From: Desulfatiglandales bacterium
GTDB lineage: Bacteria > Desulfobacterota > DSM-4660 > Desulfatiglandales > Desulfatiglandaceae
Direction of reading: 5' to 3'
Assembly: GCA_963666345.1 (NCBI GenBank)
Contig: OY762721.1
Location: forward strand, 3,968,001-4,032,000
DNA: 64,000 nt
Within the stretch, counting starts at the first letter, position 1; each line of letters begins with the position of its first letter. Of this stretch, positions 61,293 to 64,000 are shown one piece after another. The notes under the pieces were generated by a model. The model ran no database searches and was not told where the DNA came from. It saw only the letters and a program-made list of their open reading frames with translations. The position numbers were made by a program, and so were the translations under genes.

Positions 61293-63482
61293 TCACAAAT
61301 CCTCTCTTCTGATTACTTCACGGGGGCGCACCCCGTCTGACGGGCCGACTATACCCTGCCTTTCCATCGCCTCTATCATCCTGGCCGCACGGTTATATCC
61401 CACCCTCAGCTTTCTTTGAAGCATTGAAATAGATGCCTGGCCGGTCTTGAACACCACTTCCACGGCCAGGTCGTATTTTTCATCCAGTTCCGCATCCTCT
61501 TCCGCCGCCTGTTCATCTTTTTCCATCTCTGAAAGAATGGTTTCGTCATATACGGGCTTTTTCTGGCTTCTCAGGAAATCGCATACTTCCTTTATCTCTT
61601 CCTCCGATACGTAGGCCCCATGGATTCTGGTTATGCGGCTGACGCCCGGCGGCATAAACAGCATGTCCCCGTCTCCGAGAAGGTGTTCCGCACCCGATGT
61701 ATCAAGGATGGTCCTGGAGTCTACCTTGGATGAGACCTGAAAGGATATCCTTGTAGGGAAGTTTGCCTTTATTATACCGGTAAGGATGTCGACCGAGGGC
61801 CTTTGCGTGGCTATAATAAGGTGTATCCCGGCCGCTCTTGCCATCTGGGCCAGCCTGGTAATCCCCTCTTCAACCTCCCTTGAGGAGGCCATCATGAGAT
61901 CTGCGAGTTCATCGATTATGATTATTATGTAGGGCAGGGTGGCGCTTTTATCTTCCGTCCCGGTTGACCCGGTCTCTTTAAGCACCTTGCGGTTATAGCT
62001 GTCTATGTTCCTGACTCCCCTGTCCGACAAAAGCATGTAACGCCTTTCCATCTCCTGAACCGCCCATCTGAGGGCCTTGGTCGCATCCTTCGGCTGAGTT
62101 ACAACGGGATGAAGAAGCTGTGGAATATCATGGTAGATGGAAAGTTCGATCCTCTTTGGATCAATCATGAGAAATTTGACAATGTCGGGCGAGACCTTGA
62201 AAAGGAGACTCTGAATCATGGTGTTAATGGACACGCTTTTGCCTGCACCAGTTGCGCCTGCAACAAGGAGATGTGGCATCTTTGAAAGATCTGCGATTAC
62301 CGGAGTGCCGACTATGTCCTTTCCAAGGGCAATGGGCAGTTTGCTTTTTGTAGCCCTGTAATCATCGCTTGAGATGACTTCCTTGAGATATACGGTTTCT
62401 CTCTTGTTGTTGGGTATTTCAATGCCTATGGCCGCCTTCCCTGGAATCGGGGCCACTATCCTGATGCTTTGAGCCCTCAGGGTAAGGGCGAGGTCGTCCG
62501 CCAGACCTGCGACCTTGCTTATCTTTACACCTGCTGCAGGCTTGAATTCATACATGGTGATGACCGGTCCAGGAAGGATCTCCATGACCTCTCCTTGGAC
62601 ACCGAAATCAAGGAGCTTTTTTTCAAGACGCCTCGCGTTCATCTCAAGGCTTTCCTTGTGAACAGCCGAATTTTCTCCCTCAGGGGGGTCGTTTAACAGG
62701 TCGACAGATGGAAGCCTGAATTCTCCTTCAACATTCATAAAGGAAAACGCCTCCTGTTCCGGCTTTTTTTCCGGTTTGGGAGGTGTTTTTACTATGGTCA
62801 CCTTGGGCTTTGATTTGATCTTGTGGCGGGCCACCTGAGTCTTTTGTGCCCTCTTTTTGCGCTCTTTTCTCTTTGTGTTTATATCTCTTATCCGCCTGAA
62901 AAAGGCCATGAGCCAGTTTGCCATATTTGTGATTATCCAGCCGAGAGAAAGACGCGTCACGATCATAAGTGATATGAGAAATATCGTAAAGACAAGCACG
63001 TTGGCGCCGAAGCAGTTGAGGAAGCCTTTTGTAAGCCCGGCCAGGTGAATTCCCACGAGGCCCCCGGCTTCGATAAATCCAGCCCTGAAGGCAATTTTGT
63101 CGGGCAGTTGCAGGCTCAGCAGCGTGGAAAAGGAGACTATCAAAATGACAGAGGCGATGACCGTGATGACAGGTGATATAAAAGGCCTGCCTTTGAATGA
63201 GAGAAAGGACATTGCAAGCAGGATGATGACAAGCCAGAAAGAGGAGATGCCTATCAGCCCGGTGACGGCGCCTGACAGATGAGACCCGACTGTCCCAAAG
63301 AGGTTGCCGGCGTTTCCAACGCTGCCGGTTATATTCCAGAAAAGTTTGTCTGCAGGGTCAAAAGAAAGAAGGCTGCCCCCGAGTATAAGAGACAGAAGAA
63401 GGAGTATGATTCCCCTTATCTCCTTTCTTATGGGATGGGCGGGCAGCTCTTTTTCAGCCTTTTTTTTGGATTTGCGGCTCAT
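61293..63482 (-). CDS. ftsK: DNA translocase FtsK
   Basis: N-terminal TMs, HLLVAGATGAGKS, IDELADLM, ATQRPSVD, gamma-domain GYNRAAR. Confidence 0.97.
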   Translation of the reverse strand: MSRKSKKKAEKELPAHPIRKEIRGIILLLLSLILGGSLLSFDPADKLFWNITGSVGNAGNLFGTVGSHLSGAVTGLIGISSFWLVIILLAMSFLSFKGRPFISPVITVIASVILIVSFSTLLSLQLPDKIAFRAGFIEAGGLVGIHLAGLTKGFLNCFGANVLVFTIFLISLMIVTRLSLGWIITNMANWLMAFFRRIRDINTKRKERKKRAQKTQVARHKIKSKPKVTIVKTPPKPEKKPEQEAFSFMNVEGEFRLPSVDLLNDPPEGENSAVHKESLEMNARRLEKKLLDFGVQGEVMEILPGPVITMYEFKPAAGVKISKVAGLADDLALTLRAQSIRIVAPIPGKAAIGIEIPNNKRETVYLKEVISSDDYRATKSKLPIALGKDIVGTPVIADLSKMPHLLVAGATGAGKSVSINTMIQSLLFKVSPDIVKFLMIDPKRIELSIYHDIPQLLHPVVTQPKDATKALRWAVQEMERRYMLLSDRGVRNIDSYNRKVLKETGSTGTEDKSATLPYIIIIIDELADLMMASSREVEEGITRLAQMARAAGIHLIIATQRPSVDILTGIIKANFPTRISFQVSSKVDSRTILDTSGAEHLLGDGDMLFMPPGVSRITRIHGAYVSEEEIKEVCDFLRSQKKPVYDETILSEMEKDEQAAEEDAELDEKYDLAVEVVFKTGQASISMLQRKLRVGYNRAARMIEAMERQGIVGPSDGVRPREVIRREDL

Positions 63483-63579
63483 TTAATTCACCCCTGACGG
63501 AAATTTTCCGGAATTGTGTCTCAAAAGCAAAAGCATTATGTATAAACCTGTTAAAAGAATATTTCAATAGGATGGTTGT

Positions 63580-64000
63580 CTAAACAGGTATGATAATAGG
63601 AACGATAACAGGCCTTCTTTCGATCACTGAATAAAAGAACCTTTTGAGCCTTTTTTTGATTTCAGGTCCGAGTTTCTCAAGATCAATAGGCGAGGGCCTT
63701 TCAAGTTCGTCAAGGATTTCAAGGACAATACATTTGGAGTCTTCCAGGAAAAAATCGCCCTGACCTTCGAAAACAAACCCCCTGGATATTATTTCGGGCC
63801 CATAGACGGTATCACCTGTTTGTTCATCCACCGCCAGCAGAACTATTACCATGCCGTGTGCGCTCAGTTTCCTCCTGTCTCTAAGGACCATGTCCCCCAT
63901 GTTACCTACCCCTTTGCCGTCAACAAGTATCCTCCCGGTTTCAACCGATCCCTGTATGCCGGCATGGTCCTTTTCAAAGAGGATCACATCTCCATCCTCG
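63580..64000 (-). CDS. rnj: Ribonuclease J, C-terminal part
   Basis: VDGKGVG...VLRDRRKLS..G, GPEIISRGFV, RRPVIVPII. Confidence 0.9.
   Translation of the reverse strand, partial: EDGDVILFEKDHAGIQGSVETGRILVDGKGVGNMGDMVLRDRRKLSAHGMVIVLLAVDEQTGDTVYGPEIISRGFVFEGQGDFFLEDSKCIVLEILDELERPSPIDLEKLGPEIKKRLKRFFYSVIERRPVIVPIIIPV

Overview
Chromosomal window whose gene content suggests an anaerobic Deltaproteobacterium (Desulfobacterales/Desulfatiglans-like; inferred, not shown). Left (1-26 kb): signalling and catabolic genes (nucleotide-transporter/HEAT/cNMP fusion, two class III cyclases, RimK, CoA-transferase, DpaL/RidA, two secreted caspase-family proteases). Middle (~26.6-41.7 kb): a visibly AT-richer accessory region ending at tRNA-Phe, with EAL, hybrid kinase, SulP, an inactive IS3 and an AsnB + nitrilase pair. 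Right (41.8-64 kb): backbone genes (rnhA, hpt, rtcB-archease, dacB, MoxR/VWA, lolA, ftsK, rnj). The ORF track misses several things. (1) Two genes are split by in-frame UGA codons followed by hairpins and are probable selenoproteins: a membrane adenylate cyclase (YGAQV-U-PF) and a DUF1573 protein (PG-U-GC). (2) A >980-aa Npt-HEAT-cNMP fusion lies just downstream of that cyclase. (3) A 53-aa, 9-Cys protein overlaps tspO. (4) A MITE family with 8-bp target duplications carries a decayed four-helix-bundle gene. (5) A TGCACA-N6-TGTGCA palindrome recurs seven times. All family calls are from motif recognition by eye; no searches were run.
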